Shown piece by piece: positions 13,269 to 21,294 of a DNA stretch of 64,000 nt. The translations under genes were made by a program, and so were the position numbers. Each line of letters opens with the position of its first letter. Within the stretch, counting starts at the first letter, position 1. The notes under the pieces were generated by a model, which worked only from the letters and a program-made list of their open reading frames with translations, was not told the origin of the DNA and did no database searches. Origin of the DNA: a virus (Duplodnaviria > Caudoviricetes). The stretch is taken from IMG/VR virus record IMGVR_UViG_3300032285_003957, positions 64,001-128,000 of that record. The stretch is one strand, 5' to 3'.

Positions 13269-14899
13269 TGAAAAAAATATTAATACCTCTCCTATTACTA
13301 TTTTTTTGTGTTAAATCTTTCGGTCAAAGCACTATAACACAAACTTACATTGACCCATGTGACAATAAAGTTTATGTGGTTACAATTCCATTTGGTCAAA
13401 ACCAAACTATTGCAATTATTAGAGGACAATCAAGAATAGTTACGTTAGCTGACATGAATAGTGGAGCGTTTCAATTATGGGTTAATAAGATATTTTCAAC
13501 ACCATGTTCAACACAAAATGACGCAATAGCAGCCGCACAAGCGGCAGCAGCAAAAGCGGCGGCAGACGCAGCAGCTAAAGCAGCAGCAGATGCGGCAGCA
13601 AAGGCCGCGGCAGACGCAGCAGCAAAAGCAGCAGCGGCAGCTGCATCAAACGCTGCAGGTAATGCGGCTTCATCAGCAGCAAGTGGCGCAGCGAGTTCTG
13701 CGGCCAGTTCAGCAGCAAGCGGAGCGGCTTCTAATGCAGCAAGTTCAGCAGCATCATCATCTGCAAGTTCTGCGGCTAGTGGTAGCGCGAGTTCTGCGGC
13801 AGCAAGTTCAGCTGCGGCACCTCCACCTCCACCTGCGAGTGCACCACCGCCACCACCACCTGCGAGCGGAGGATCATCATCTCCACCACCGGCAAGTGGC
13901 AGCTCATCATCAGGAGGTGAAAGTAGCTCATCTTCAAGTAGCGGCTCATCATCAAGTAGTAGTTCATCTTCTTCTTCAAGTGGTGAAAGTAAATCAAGTG
14001 GAGGTTCTACTGAACAAAAATCAGAATCAAAAACCGAAAGTAAATCTGAATCAAAAACGGAAGAAAAGAAAACCGAATCAAAATCAGAAGAAAAAAAGGA
14101 AGAGTCTAAATCCGAAGAAAAGAAAAGCGACGATAAAAAAGAAGAAAAGAAAACAGAAGAAAAAAAGGAAGATAAAAAGGAAGAAGAAAAGAAAAAAGAA
14201 GAGAAGAAGAAAGAAGACGATAAAAAGAAAAAAGCGGAAGTTACTAATCCATTACTTTTGGCTTCAGATTTAACAACAGCACAACAGGCGGATGGTAGTT
14301 ATTTGGCGTCAATATCATTGGGTGTAAGTAAATCATCATTAATGGGTGATGAAAGTTATAGCGGAGGTTTAGTTGTTAATAGTAATTTAAGTTCAGTTGT
14401 TACAACAGCGGGTTATACTAAAATGGCTATGACAAAAGATGGACAATTAAGTGGTATCCATTCATATGGAACGGCATTTGCATATTTGGCAGGAAACTAT
14501 ATGAATTTGTTGGGATATACTTTCATAAAACCCACACCAAAAAGAGGAACGTATGGTTATAATTTAGGTGTGATTAATTTATTCCTTAAAAATGATAACG
14601 GAGGATTTGATTATAATGTAGCTTCATCGGCAATTGTCTTTTGGACCAAACCTTATGTATATTCAAAAAAACTTACGATATCACCACAAGTGTTTAGCAT
14701 GTTTTCACCCATTGCTTGGAATAGTGTTACTAACGTAACAACCGTAAATAGACATATGGGCTTTTTGTTAGGTTCTTCATTTGATTACAAACTAAGCAAA
14801 AGATTTGGGTTTAGTTTTAATTACAAATTAAGTGGTAACACAAAACCTGGTACACAATTCTTAAGTAACTTCTTGATTGGTTCAAGAATGATGCTTTAA
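13268..14899 (+). CDS. Secreted protein with Ala/Pro/Ser/Glu-Lys low-complexity stalk and probable C-terminal beta-barrel
   Basis: Signal peptide; AAADAAAK repeats, poly-Pro, poly-Ser, EK run, then aromatic-rich strands. Confidence 0.65.
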   Translation: MKKILIPLLLLFFCVKSFGQSTITQTYIDPCDNKVYVVTIPFGQNQTIAIIRGQSRIVTLADMNSGAFQLWVNKIFSTPCSTQNDAIAAAQAAAAKAAADAAAKAAADAAAKAAADAAAKAAAAAASNAAGNAASSAASGAASSAASSAASGAASNAASSAASSSASSAASGSASSAAASSAAAPPPPPASAPPPPPPASGGSSSPPPASGSSSSGGESSSSSSSGSSSSSSSSSSSSGESKSSGGSTEQKSESKTESKSESKTEEKKTESKSEEKKEESKSEEKKSDDKKEEKKTEEKKEDKKEEEKKKEEKKKEDDKKKKAEVTNPLLLASDLTTAQQADGSYLASISLGVSKSSLMGDESYSGGLVVNSNLSSVVTTAGYTKMAMTKDGQLSGIHSYGTAFAYLAGNYMNLLGYTFIKPTPKRGTYGYNLGVINLFLKNDNGGFDYNVASSAIVFWTKPYVYSKKLTISPQVFSMFSPIAWNSVTNVTTVNRHMGFLLGSSFDYKLSKRFGFSFNYKLSGNTKPGTQFLSNFLIGSRMML

Positions 14900-15031
14900 T
14901 ACTTCTTTATCTAACACTAACGGTTTAATATGTTGACGTTGTTTACGAAATCCATATTCGGTTGTGATTTTAGAAAGTGTAATTCCAAATGAGGAACAAA
15001 TTAAAAGAAGACCTATAAATAAATTTAACAT
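14882..15031 (-). CDS. Possible 49-aa membrane peptide (MLNLFIGLLLICSSFGITLSK...)
   Basis: Manual translation; hydrophobic N-half and basic tail; overlaps the convergent gene end by 18 nt. Confidence 0.3.
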   Translation of the reverse strand: MLNLFIGLLLICSSFGITLSKITTEYGFRKQRQHIKPLVLDKEVLKHHS

Positions 15032-15129
15032 ATTGTATTTTTTTTATATAACTATTAGAATAATACAACAAAAATATTAGTTTACCAAGAATAATTGGAT
15101 AATAACAAGAGGTTCTTGATATAATACAA

Positions 15130-15162
15130 TAAAAAAATCCTCGAAGTAAAAACCCCGAGGAT
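15130..15162 (-). terminator. Intrinsic terminator
   Basis: ATCCTCG...CGAGGAT stem followed by a T-run on the minus strand. Confidence 0.65.
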
Positions 15163-15193
15163 ATGACAAAAATAACAGCACCTCTCCAAGTAC

Positions 15194-15547
15194 CTAATCA
15201 ATAGTAACCAATAATTTTTTATTTGTCAAGCGTTCGTATAAATTTCTTATTTCAATACAAGTTTCGTAATCTTCTTTTTGCTCAAAGTAGGGCATAACAT
15301 CACGAATCAAAACAATTGTCTGCTCTCGATAGAATACAAATTCAGTATCCCACTCCAAGCCTTTGATTAAGCCTTTAAGGTAAAGACTTAGAACTTTTTT
15401 ATCGCTATCAGCAAAACCTTCATAAATTTCAATAATTTTTTTATAAATCATTTCCTTGTTTGTTTCATAAATTTCATCGAAATCTTGGTATCTACCTTTA
15501 AGATGAAGGGTTCTGTAAGGCGTGCGTGTTTTCTTGTGGTAAGCCAT
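15194..15547 (-). CDS. Hypothetical protein with UVR-like C-terminal helix
   Basis: ORF track; EQKEDYETCIEIRNL. Confidence 0.6.
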   Translation of the reverse strand: MAYHKKTRTPYRTLHLKGRYQDFDEIYETNKEMIYKKIIEIYEGFADSDKKVLSLYLKGLIKGLEWDTEFVFYREQTIVLIRDVMPYFEQKEDYETCIEIRNLYERLTNKKLLVTID

Positions 15548-15651
15548 TGTGTTAGAATTTATGTGTTTGTAATTATTTGAAGACTAAATTATATAATTTA
15601 ATTGATGCCGCCAAAAAAGATTCAGTATAAATACTGATTTTTTTTCAGAGC

Positions 15652-16137
15652 TTATTCACTATTTTTACTGCGGTCCCAACGTGCCTCTCTAACTTCAGGA
15701 GATAGTTGAAATTGTTCATCTATAGTGTGCTCAATTTTAACGTATTGAGCTATTTGATGTGTCCTACAATTTTTAAAATAATTATTAACATACCCTAATA
15801 TATTGTGTGTGCCGACGGGATTTGCTGAATGAACATAAATTTGTGGTAACGGTATTCCCCTATTCATACTTTCAGCTACAAGAAACTTTGCAGCATCTAA
15901 TCCTGTTTTCTCAGTAATGTTAGAATAATCAATCGTATAATTATTTTTTACATTTGTATAGTATTCAATCATAGCACTATCGCCTAAATCGTGGTCTAAA
16001 GATATAACTTCAAATCTTTCTAAACCATAACGTTTTACTTCCGTCACAAAATCATCGTAGTTCCTTACAACAATCCAATCTTCAGATATAGGCGTTCTCA
16101 CGTCATCAAGATATAATCTTTTTTTCTCAGTTTTCAT
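15652..16137 (-). CDS. Cyclic-phosphate-processing receiver-domain protein
   Basis: LYLDDVRTP, SLDHDLG, TGLDAAKFL, HSANPVG motifs; adjacent to the RNA ligase. Confidence 0.75.
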   Translation of the reverse strand: MKTEKKRLYLDDVRTPISEDWIVVRNYDDFVTEVKRYGLERFEVISLDHDLGDSAMIEYYTNVKNNYTIDYSNITEKTGLDAAKFLVAESMNRGIPLPQIYVHSANPVGTHNILGYVNNYFKNCRTHQIAQYVKIEHTIDEQFQLSPEVREARWDRSKNSE

Positions 16138-17170
16138 CGTTCTTAAATGGTTTTGAATATTTTGGATAAATAGTTTTCCAAATTATATGTTTATAATCCT
16201 TATTGTCAAACATAGCAAATAAAATAGCAGAGTTAGTGTAACTTAACGCATAATGCGCAAACGTTTTTTTATCTGTTATATTATTTCTTTCTGTAATATT
16301 TTTAAAAATTAATCGATATTCTAAATCAATCGTTTTAAATTGTTGTTCAAAATGTTCTTTGGTTTCTTTAACCCAATTGTAAAATTCATCAGGAACCTTA
16401 TCAAGTATTTCATCCAACGGTTTACCTTCTTTAACATATTCAAAAATATCTCTATTTGAGATATTTGTTAAAATTTTGTGAAGACGTTTATACTCATCAC
16501 CTTTGATTTTCATACGAAAACCATTTTTAAAACGAATCACATATCCTTCTTTATCCTTGGATATTTCTTCTTTTAATAAATCATAGCCTTCACCCCAAGT
16601 CTTATATGTGGTAACAACTTCAAATCCCGCGTCCTGCGTCCAAAACAAACTACTGTCAGGTATTTCTTCACCTGTTTCAGTATGGAAAGCACCAAGAACG
16701 ACTAACTTTTCTTCATTACCATAATCAACAACAATTCTATTTTCAGGATAAATGATTTCAAACAAATACGTATTGTCTTTTCTCCACGCACTTATGTCAT
16801 GCCTATCAAGAATTTCTTTTCCTTTAATTGCTTGCGGTGATGTGAAGGAACCACGAGTAGCTAAAATCCATTGATTTTGATAATTAAAAAGAATTCCTAA
16901 TGAACCATCCATTTTTTCATAAACAACATAATCTTCATTTGGAATATCTTCAGGTTTATATTCTTCGTAATTAAAAAATTTTTTAAATGGTCTTGCAACA
17001 ATCTCACCTTTTGAATTAGTAACTAATCCACGACATTGTATGGTGATTTCGTCCCATAATCTTTCATATTGAACTTTAGGTGAATAATTCCAAATAGTTA
17101 AATCAAGTGTTGGATGTATTTGCTTATGAAGTAAACCATCTTTGTAATATTTTTCTAATGTAGTTAGCAC
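16127..17170 (-). CDS. T4 Rnl1-like RNA ligase
   Basis: CRGLV, RPFKKFFN, EKMDGS (motif I), EGYV, KIK motifs. Confidence 0.85.
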   Translation of the reverse strand: MLTTLEKYYKDGLLHKQIHPTLDLTIWNYSPKVQYERLWDEITIQCRGLVTNSKGEIVARPFKKFFNYEEYKPEDIPNEDYVVYEKMDGSLGILFNYQNQWILATRGSFTSPQAIKGKEILDRHDISAWRKDNTYLFEIIYPENRIVVDYGNEEKLVVLGAFHTETGEEIPDSSLFWTQDAGFEVVTTYKTWGEGYDLLKEEISKDKEGYVIRFKNGFRMKIKGDEYKRLHKILTNISNRDIFEYVKEGKPLDEILDKVPDEFYNWVKETKEHFEQQFKTIDLEYRLIFKNITERNNITDKKTFAHYALSYTNSAILFAMFDNKDYKHIIWKTIYPKYSKPFKNDEN

Positions 17171-17237
17171 AGTTTTTGATTGGTGTTTTTTGTGGTGGAT
17201 TTACCGATTTAATAAAAGATTCGATAAACTGACTCAT

Positions 17238-17663
17238 TTACAATTTGATTTGAAATCTGTCCTTCATTTGCTGAAGTTTATCTTGCGGAACACCGTGAAC
17301 ATTTTCACCTTCGTGTCTATTTTCAACAATGACGCTATGAATACGATAATTATATCTTTCAGCCATTTCGTAATATTTTTCCATTTCCCATTCTTGGGTA
17401 AATGTATTAGCCACCACAATTTTTGATATTTCATATTTCATTCTTTCAGCACATTTTTCTTGACAAAAATTATGTGCCAATTTTATTTTCGAAGCATCAA
17501 AATTGTAATTACCCTTTTCATCAATAAAAAAATCGTCGGCAGATAAAACGTGTGAATCGTCAATCGATAAATTGCGCAATATTATTTGACCCAATGTTGA
17601 TTTACCTGAACCAGGTAAACCCCTTAATAATATTAAATCCCCTTTGTATATTTTTTCTTCCAT
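17238..17663 (-). CDS. P-loop polynucleotide kinase (AAA_33/N4BP2-like)
   Basis: LILLRGLPGSGKST, SADDFF, VANTF. Confidence 0.8.
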   Translation of the reverse strand: MEEKIYKGDLILLRGLPGSGKSTLGQIILRNLSIDDSHVLSADDFFIDEKGNYNFDASKIKLAHNFCQEKCAERMKYEISKIVVANTFTQEWEMEKYYEMAERYNYRIHSVIVENRHEGENVHGVPQDKLQQMKDRFQIKL

Positions 17664-17684
17664 TTGGAAGTTTTTTTTAAAGTT

Positions 17685-17716
17685 AAAAAAATAGGGGTCG
17701 GGTATACCAACCCCCC
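17685..17716 (-). terminator. Intrinsic terminator after the lipoprotein gene
   Basis: GGGGTTGGT-AT-ACCCGACCCC-type hairpin followed by a T-run. Confidence 0.6.
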
Positions 17717-17721
17717 ATTTC

Positions 17722-17916
17722 TTATTTTACAGTTGTTTCAGTTTTAGAACCACCTGTAGTAGAATCTGTTTTAACTGCAGTGCTGTCAGTTGCTTTAGCT
17801 GTTGAATCAACAATTGTTGCAGTAGAGTCAGTTGTTTGAGTTGCGGTTGACCCTGAACCACATGCTGTTAGTGTAAGTGCTACACCAAGAGCCAATACTA
17901 ATGTAATTTTTTTCAT
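17722..17916 (-). CDS. Small Thr/Ser-rich lipoprotein
   Basis: Lipobox LTAC; DSTA repeats. Confidence 0.75.
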   Translation of the reverse strand: MKKITLVLALGVALTLTACGSGSTATQTTDSTATIVDSTAKATDSTAVKTDSTTGGSKTETTVK

Positions 17917-17963
17917 ATACCTTAAATATACGAAAAATAAGGCAGATTACAAAATATATTAAT

Positions 17964-17992
17964 AAAAAAACCCCAACGAGTTGTCGGGGTTT
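17964..17992 (-). terminator. Intrinsic terminator
   Basis: AAACCCCGAC-AACTC-GTTGGGGTTT plus T-run. Confidence 0.7.
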
Positions 17993-18102
17993 AAGGTCTT
18001 TCAGTGAGTTCAACGTCACTTACTTTTGAAAAAAACGAAAAGGTAATCGACAAAGAGAACCTCCAAGGATATAAATATATAAATTTTAGAAAAAATTAAA
18101 TA

Positions 18103-20121
18103 TTAAATAACTTTTTTTGCAATAAATAATTTTTCATCCTTAAATTTAATGGTAATTGATTGATTTTCAACAATATTACCTTTTAAAATCTCTTCGCTTA
18201 AGAAATCCTCTAAAAGATTTTGTATGATTCTTTTAAGAGGACGTGCACCATATTCTTCTTGTGAGTTTAATTCAAATACTCTGTTTAATAAAGTTTTATC
18301 AAAATTAATTTTGTATCCTTTTTCTTTTAAACGATTTGATAACTTATCGATTTCAATGGCGATGATTTTTTTCATCGTTTCTTCATTAAGTGCGTTGAAT
18401 AAAATAATATCATCGATACGATTTAAAAACTCGGGATTGAATTGTTGCTTCAATGCTTTTTGAATCATTGATTTTCTAACCTCAAGTTGTTCTTCTTCTT
18501 TACCTTTTAAATTAAAGCCGACACCACCACCTAATTCAGATACACGTTTAGCACCAACATTAGATGTCATGATAATAATCGTATTTGTAAAATTAACTTT
18601 TCTACCAAATGAATCGGTTAAGTGACCTTCATCTAAAATTTGAAGTAAAATATTAAACACGTCTTTGTGTGCTTTTTCAATTTCGTCAAATAACACAACG
18701 GAGAATGGATTGTTTTTTATCTTCTCAGTTAATTGACCACCTTCATCATATCCAACATAACCCGGAGGTGAACCAATTAATTTAGATACGTTATGTTTCT
18801 CCATGAACTCACTCATATCAACGCGAATGATTTTATCAGGGTCGCCAAATAATAATTCCGCAATTGATTTAGCTAAGAATGTTTTACCAACACCCGTTGA
18901 ACCTAAGAATATAAATGAACCAATTGGTTTATTCGCATCTTTAATACCAACGCGATTTCTTCTAATCGCTTTTGATATTGTGGTGATAGCATCATCTTGA
19001 CCAATAACCTTAGCTTGTAAAATTTGTTCCATTTTTAAAAGCTTCTCAGTTTCTTTAGCATCCAATTTAGTAATTGGAACACCAGTCATATTAGTGATGA
19101 TAGTATAAACATCATCAACACTAACAGGGGTCTTATTATCTTTTAATGAATCAGCCCACTTTTGTTTTTCAACATCTAATTTAGTGTTAAGCTTTTTTTC
19201 GTCATCGCGTAACTTAGCTGCTTGTTCGTAATTTTGCTTTTTAACGACATCAAGCTTCTTATCCTTAATTTCATCAATTTCTTTTTTTAATTTTTCAATT
19301 GAATCGGGAACACGGCTTGTTACTTTCTTTTCAGAACCCAACTCATCCAAAACATCGATTGCTTTATCAGGGAATTGTCTATCGGTAATATATCTACCTG
19401 ATAATTTGACGATTGTTTGAATAACATCGTCTTGATATAATACCTTATGAAACGTTTCGTAAGATGGTTGTAAATTTTTTAAGATTTCAACCGTTTCAGC
19501 AGCTGTTGGTTCTTGTAAAATAATTTTTTGGAAGCGACGAACTAAAGCAGCATCTTTTTCAATATGTTTTTTGAATTCATCAAACGTTGTTGCACCAATA
19601 CATTGTATTTCACCGCGTGCAAGCGCAGGCTTTAATATATTAGCAGCATCCATTGCACCACTTGCATTACCAGCACCAACCATAGTATGTAATTCATCGA
19701 TGAAAACAATTACATTTGGTTCAGCTTGTAATTCATTTAATATTGCTTTAATTCTTTCTTCAAATTGACCACGATATTTTGTTCCTGCAACTAATGATGT
19801 TAAATCTAAAGAAACTAATCTTTTATCCAAAAGATTGGAAGGACATTCACCCTTTTGAATTAATAACGCAAGCTTTTCAACTAACGCTGATTTACCAACA
19901 CCAGCATCACCTACAATAACTGCATTATTTTTTTTCTTACGAGATAAAATTTGCGCAATGCGCTTTACCTCTTTATCTCGGCCAACGACAGGATCAATCT
20001 TTCCTTCTTCAGCCATTTTGTTTAAGTCGCGAGAAAAGTTATCAAGTATCGGCGTTGATGAGCCTTTTCTAACTTTCTTTGGACTGATGGGTGCACCATC
20101 ATCGAAATAATCTACTGACAT
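18103..20121 (-). CDS. clpC: ClpC-like AAA+ ATPase lacking the N-terminal repeat domain
   Basis: Two Walker A motifs (GDAGVGKS, GSTGVGKT), UVR coiled coil, VGF loop; start trimmed to MSVDYFDD. Confidence 0.88.
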   Translation of the reverse strand: MSVDYFDDGAPISPKKVRKGSSTPILDNFSRDLNKMAEEGKIDPVVGRDKEVKRIAQILSRKKKNNAVIVGDAGVGKSALVEKLALLIQKGECPSNLLDKRLVSLDLTSLVAGTKYRGQFEERIKAILNELQAEPNVIVFIDELHTMVGAGNASGAMDAANILKPALARGEIQCIGATTFDEFKKHIEKDAALVRRFQKIILQEPTAAETVEILKNLQPSYETFHKVLYQDDVIQTIVKLSGRYITDRQFPDKAIDVLDELGSEKKVTSRVPDSIEKLKKEIDEIKDKKLDVVKKQNYEQAAKLRDDEKKLNTKLDVEKQKWADSLKDNKTPVSVDDVYTIITNMTGVPITKLDAKETEKLLKMEQILQAKVIGQDDAITTISKAIRRNRVGIKDANKPIGSFIFLGSTGVGKTFLAKSIAELLFGDPDKIIRVDMSEFMEKHNVSKLIGSPPGYVGYDEGGQLTEKIKNNPFSVVLFDEIEKAHKDVFNILLQILDEGHLTDSFGRKVNFTNTIIIMTSNVGAKRVSELGGGVGFNLKGKEEEQLEVRKSMIQKALKQQFNPEFLNRIDDIILFNALNEETMKKIIAIEIDKLSNRLKEKGYKINFDKTLLNRVFELNSQEEYGARPLKRIIQNLLEDFLSEEILKGNIVENQSITIKFKDEKLFIAKKVI

Positions 20122-20180
20122 GTGTTTATAATTTAATGTTGATACAAATATAACAATAATTGTGATAAAAACCAAACCAA

Positions 20181-20223
20181 GACAAATTGTCAAAAAAAAT
20201 TTGTATATTATGACAAAGTGTCA
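20181..20223. promoter_or_regulatory. Two TGACA-N3-TGTCA-like palindromes in the clpC/hsp20 divergent promoter region
   Basis: GACAAATTGTCA (20181) and TGACAAAGTGTCA (20211), 30-bp period. Confidence 0.55.
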
Positions 20224-20277
20224 ATATTTTTGTTGTGGCAAATAATTTGATTAAATGTAATAAAAAAATATAATACT

Positions 20278-20646
20278 ATGATTACATTATTCAAAGACCC
20301 ATTCTTTCAAGGATTTGAAAGCGTGTTTGAAACATCAAAGTTTCTAAAAACTCCTGAAACTAAAGTTCAGAAAACCGAGACCGAATATAAGGTTTCATTA
20401 AGCGTCCCTGGTTTAACTAAGGACGATTTAAAAATAACAACCAAAGAAGGTGTCTTAACCATTCAATTTGAAAAAGACGAAAAGGATTTGGAACACCATT
20501 TCATTGGTTCGTTTGTTAAATCATATAATGTTCCTGATGACGTTAAAGAAAAGGATATCATCGGTAAGGTTGAGAACGGTGTGCTTGAATTGGTGCTACC
20601 AATTGATAAGAAGAAGTCATTGGAAAGACTAATTTCGTTGAATTAA
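20278..20646 (+). CDS. Hsp20/alpha-crystallin small heat-shock protein
   Basis: VPGLTKDDLKI...F.KSYNVP...ENGVLELVLP. Confidence 0.88.
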   Translation: MITLFKDPFFQGFESVFETSKFLKTPETKVQKTETEYKVSLSVPGLTKDDLKITTKEGVLTIQFEKDEKDLEHHFIGSFVKSYNVPDDVKEKDIIGKVENGVLELVLPIDKKKSLERLISLN

Positions 20647-20730
20647 CAAAATTTTTTAATATTTTTTGCTCAAAATTTTTTTTTACCGAATTTTTTGTAT
20701 AAATTTATTACACACCTAAATTATATACAT

Positions 20731-20979
20731 ATGAGTATTAAAAAAGAAAAAATCAACGGAAGGATGATTGATTTGAACATCACATCATCAAGTCTTAAAT
20801 CGGCTTCATTCGATTGTTTGACTGAAAAATTAGTTGTTAATTTTAACAACGGCGCATCTTACGAATACAGAAAGGTCCCAACTTTGTTATTCACAAAGTT
20901 CAGATTATCTGAATCGCAAGGTAAGTTTTTCAATCGTTACATTGCAAAGCAATTTAAGTTCAAAAAAGTTTCAAACTAA
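20731..20979 (+). CDS. KTSC-domain protein
   Basis: SSSLKSASFD...F..GASYEY..VP...SQGKFFN. Confidence 0.85.
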   Translation: MSIKKEKINGRMIDLNITSSSLKSASFDCLTEKLVVNFNNGASYEYRKVPTLLFTKFRLSESQGKFFNRYIAKQFKFKKVSN

Positions 20980-20983
20980 AGAT

Positions 20984-21012
20984 AAGCCCCGAGAAATCGG
21001 GGTTTTCTTTTT
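20984..21012 (+). terminator. Intrinsic terminator
   Basis: AAGCCCCGA-GAAA-TCGGGGTTTT. Confidence 0.75.
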
Positions 21013-21048
21013 GGTATTTATTAGATATATTATTAAAAAATAACTAAT

Positions 21049-21294
21049 ATGTCTATTTTATCTGAAGCAATAAATGGTAAAGAAATCTCTGTTACCATCA
21101 AATCATCTAACATTACGGCCGCCACTTATGACACCGAAGCGGAAACATTAGCAATAACATTTAATACTGGTGGTATTTATGTATATAATAAAGTTCCTTG
21201 GGCGCTATTCACTAAATTTAGAATGGCTGACTCCCAAGGAAAATTCTTTAACGAGAAAATCGCTAAGAATCACGAATATACCAAAGTAAAATGA
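21049..21294 (+). CDS. KTSC-domain protein (second copy)
   Basis: SSNITAATYD...GGIYVYNKVP...SQGKFFN. Confidence 0.85.
   Translation: MSILSEAINGKEISVTIKSSNITAATYDTEAETLAITFNTGGIYVYNKVPWALFTKFRMADSQGKFFNEKIAKNHEYTKVK

Noticed and set aside
13590-14273. Alternative-frame Gln/Arg/Lys-rich ORF, and similar shadows at 32171, 53816 and 53860
   Set aside because: By-products of low-complexity codon repeats in the real genes
10184-15178. Exact 14-bp repeat GACAAAAATAACAG at 10184 and 15165
   Set aside because: A-rich 14-mers recur by chance in 64 kb of AT-rich DNA, and the two contexts differ
20122-20193. Hydrophobic N-terminal extension making ClpC look membrane-anchored
   Set aside because: It spans the TATATTTG promoter box and AT-rich intergenic DNA; MSVDY is the likelier start
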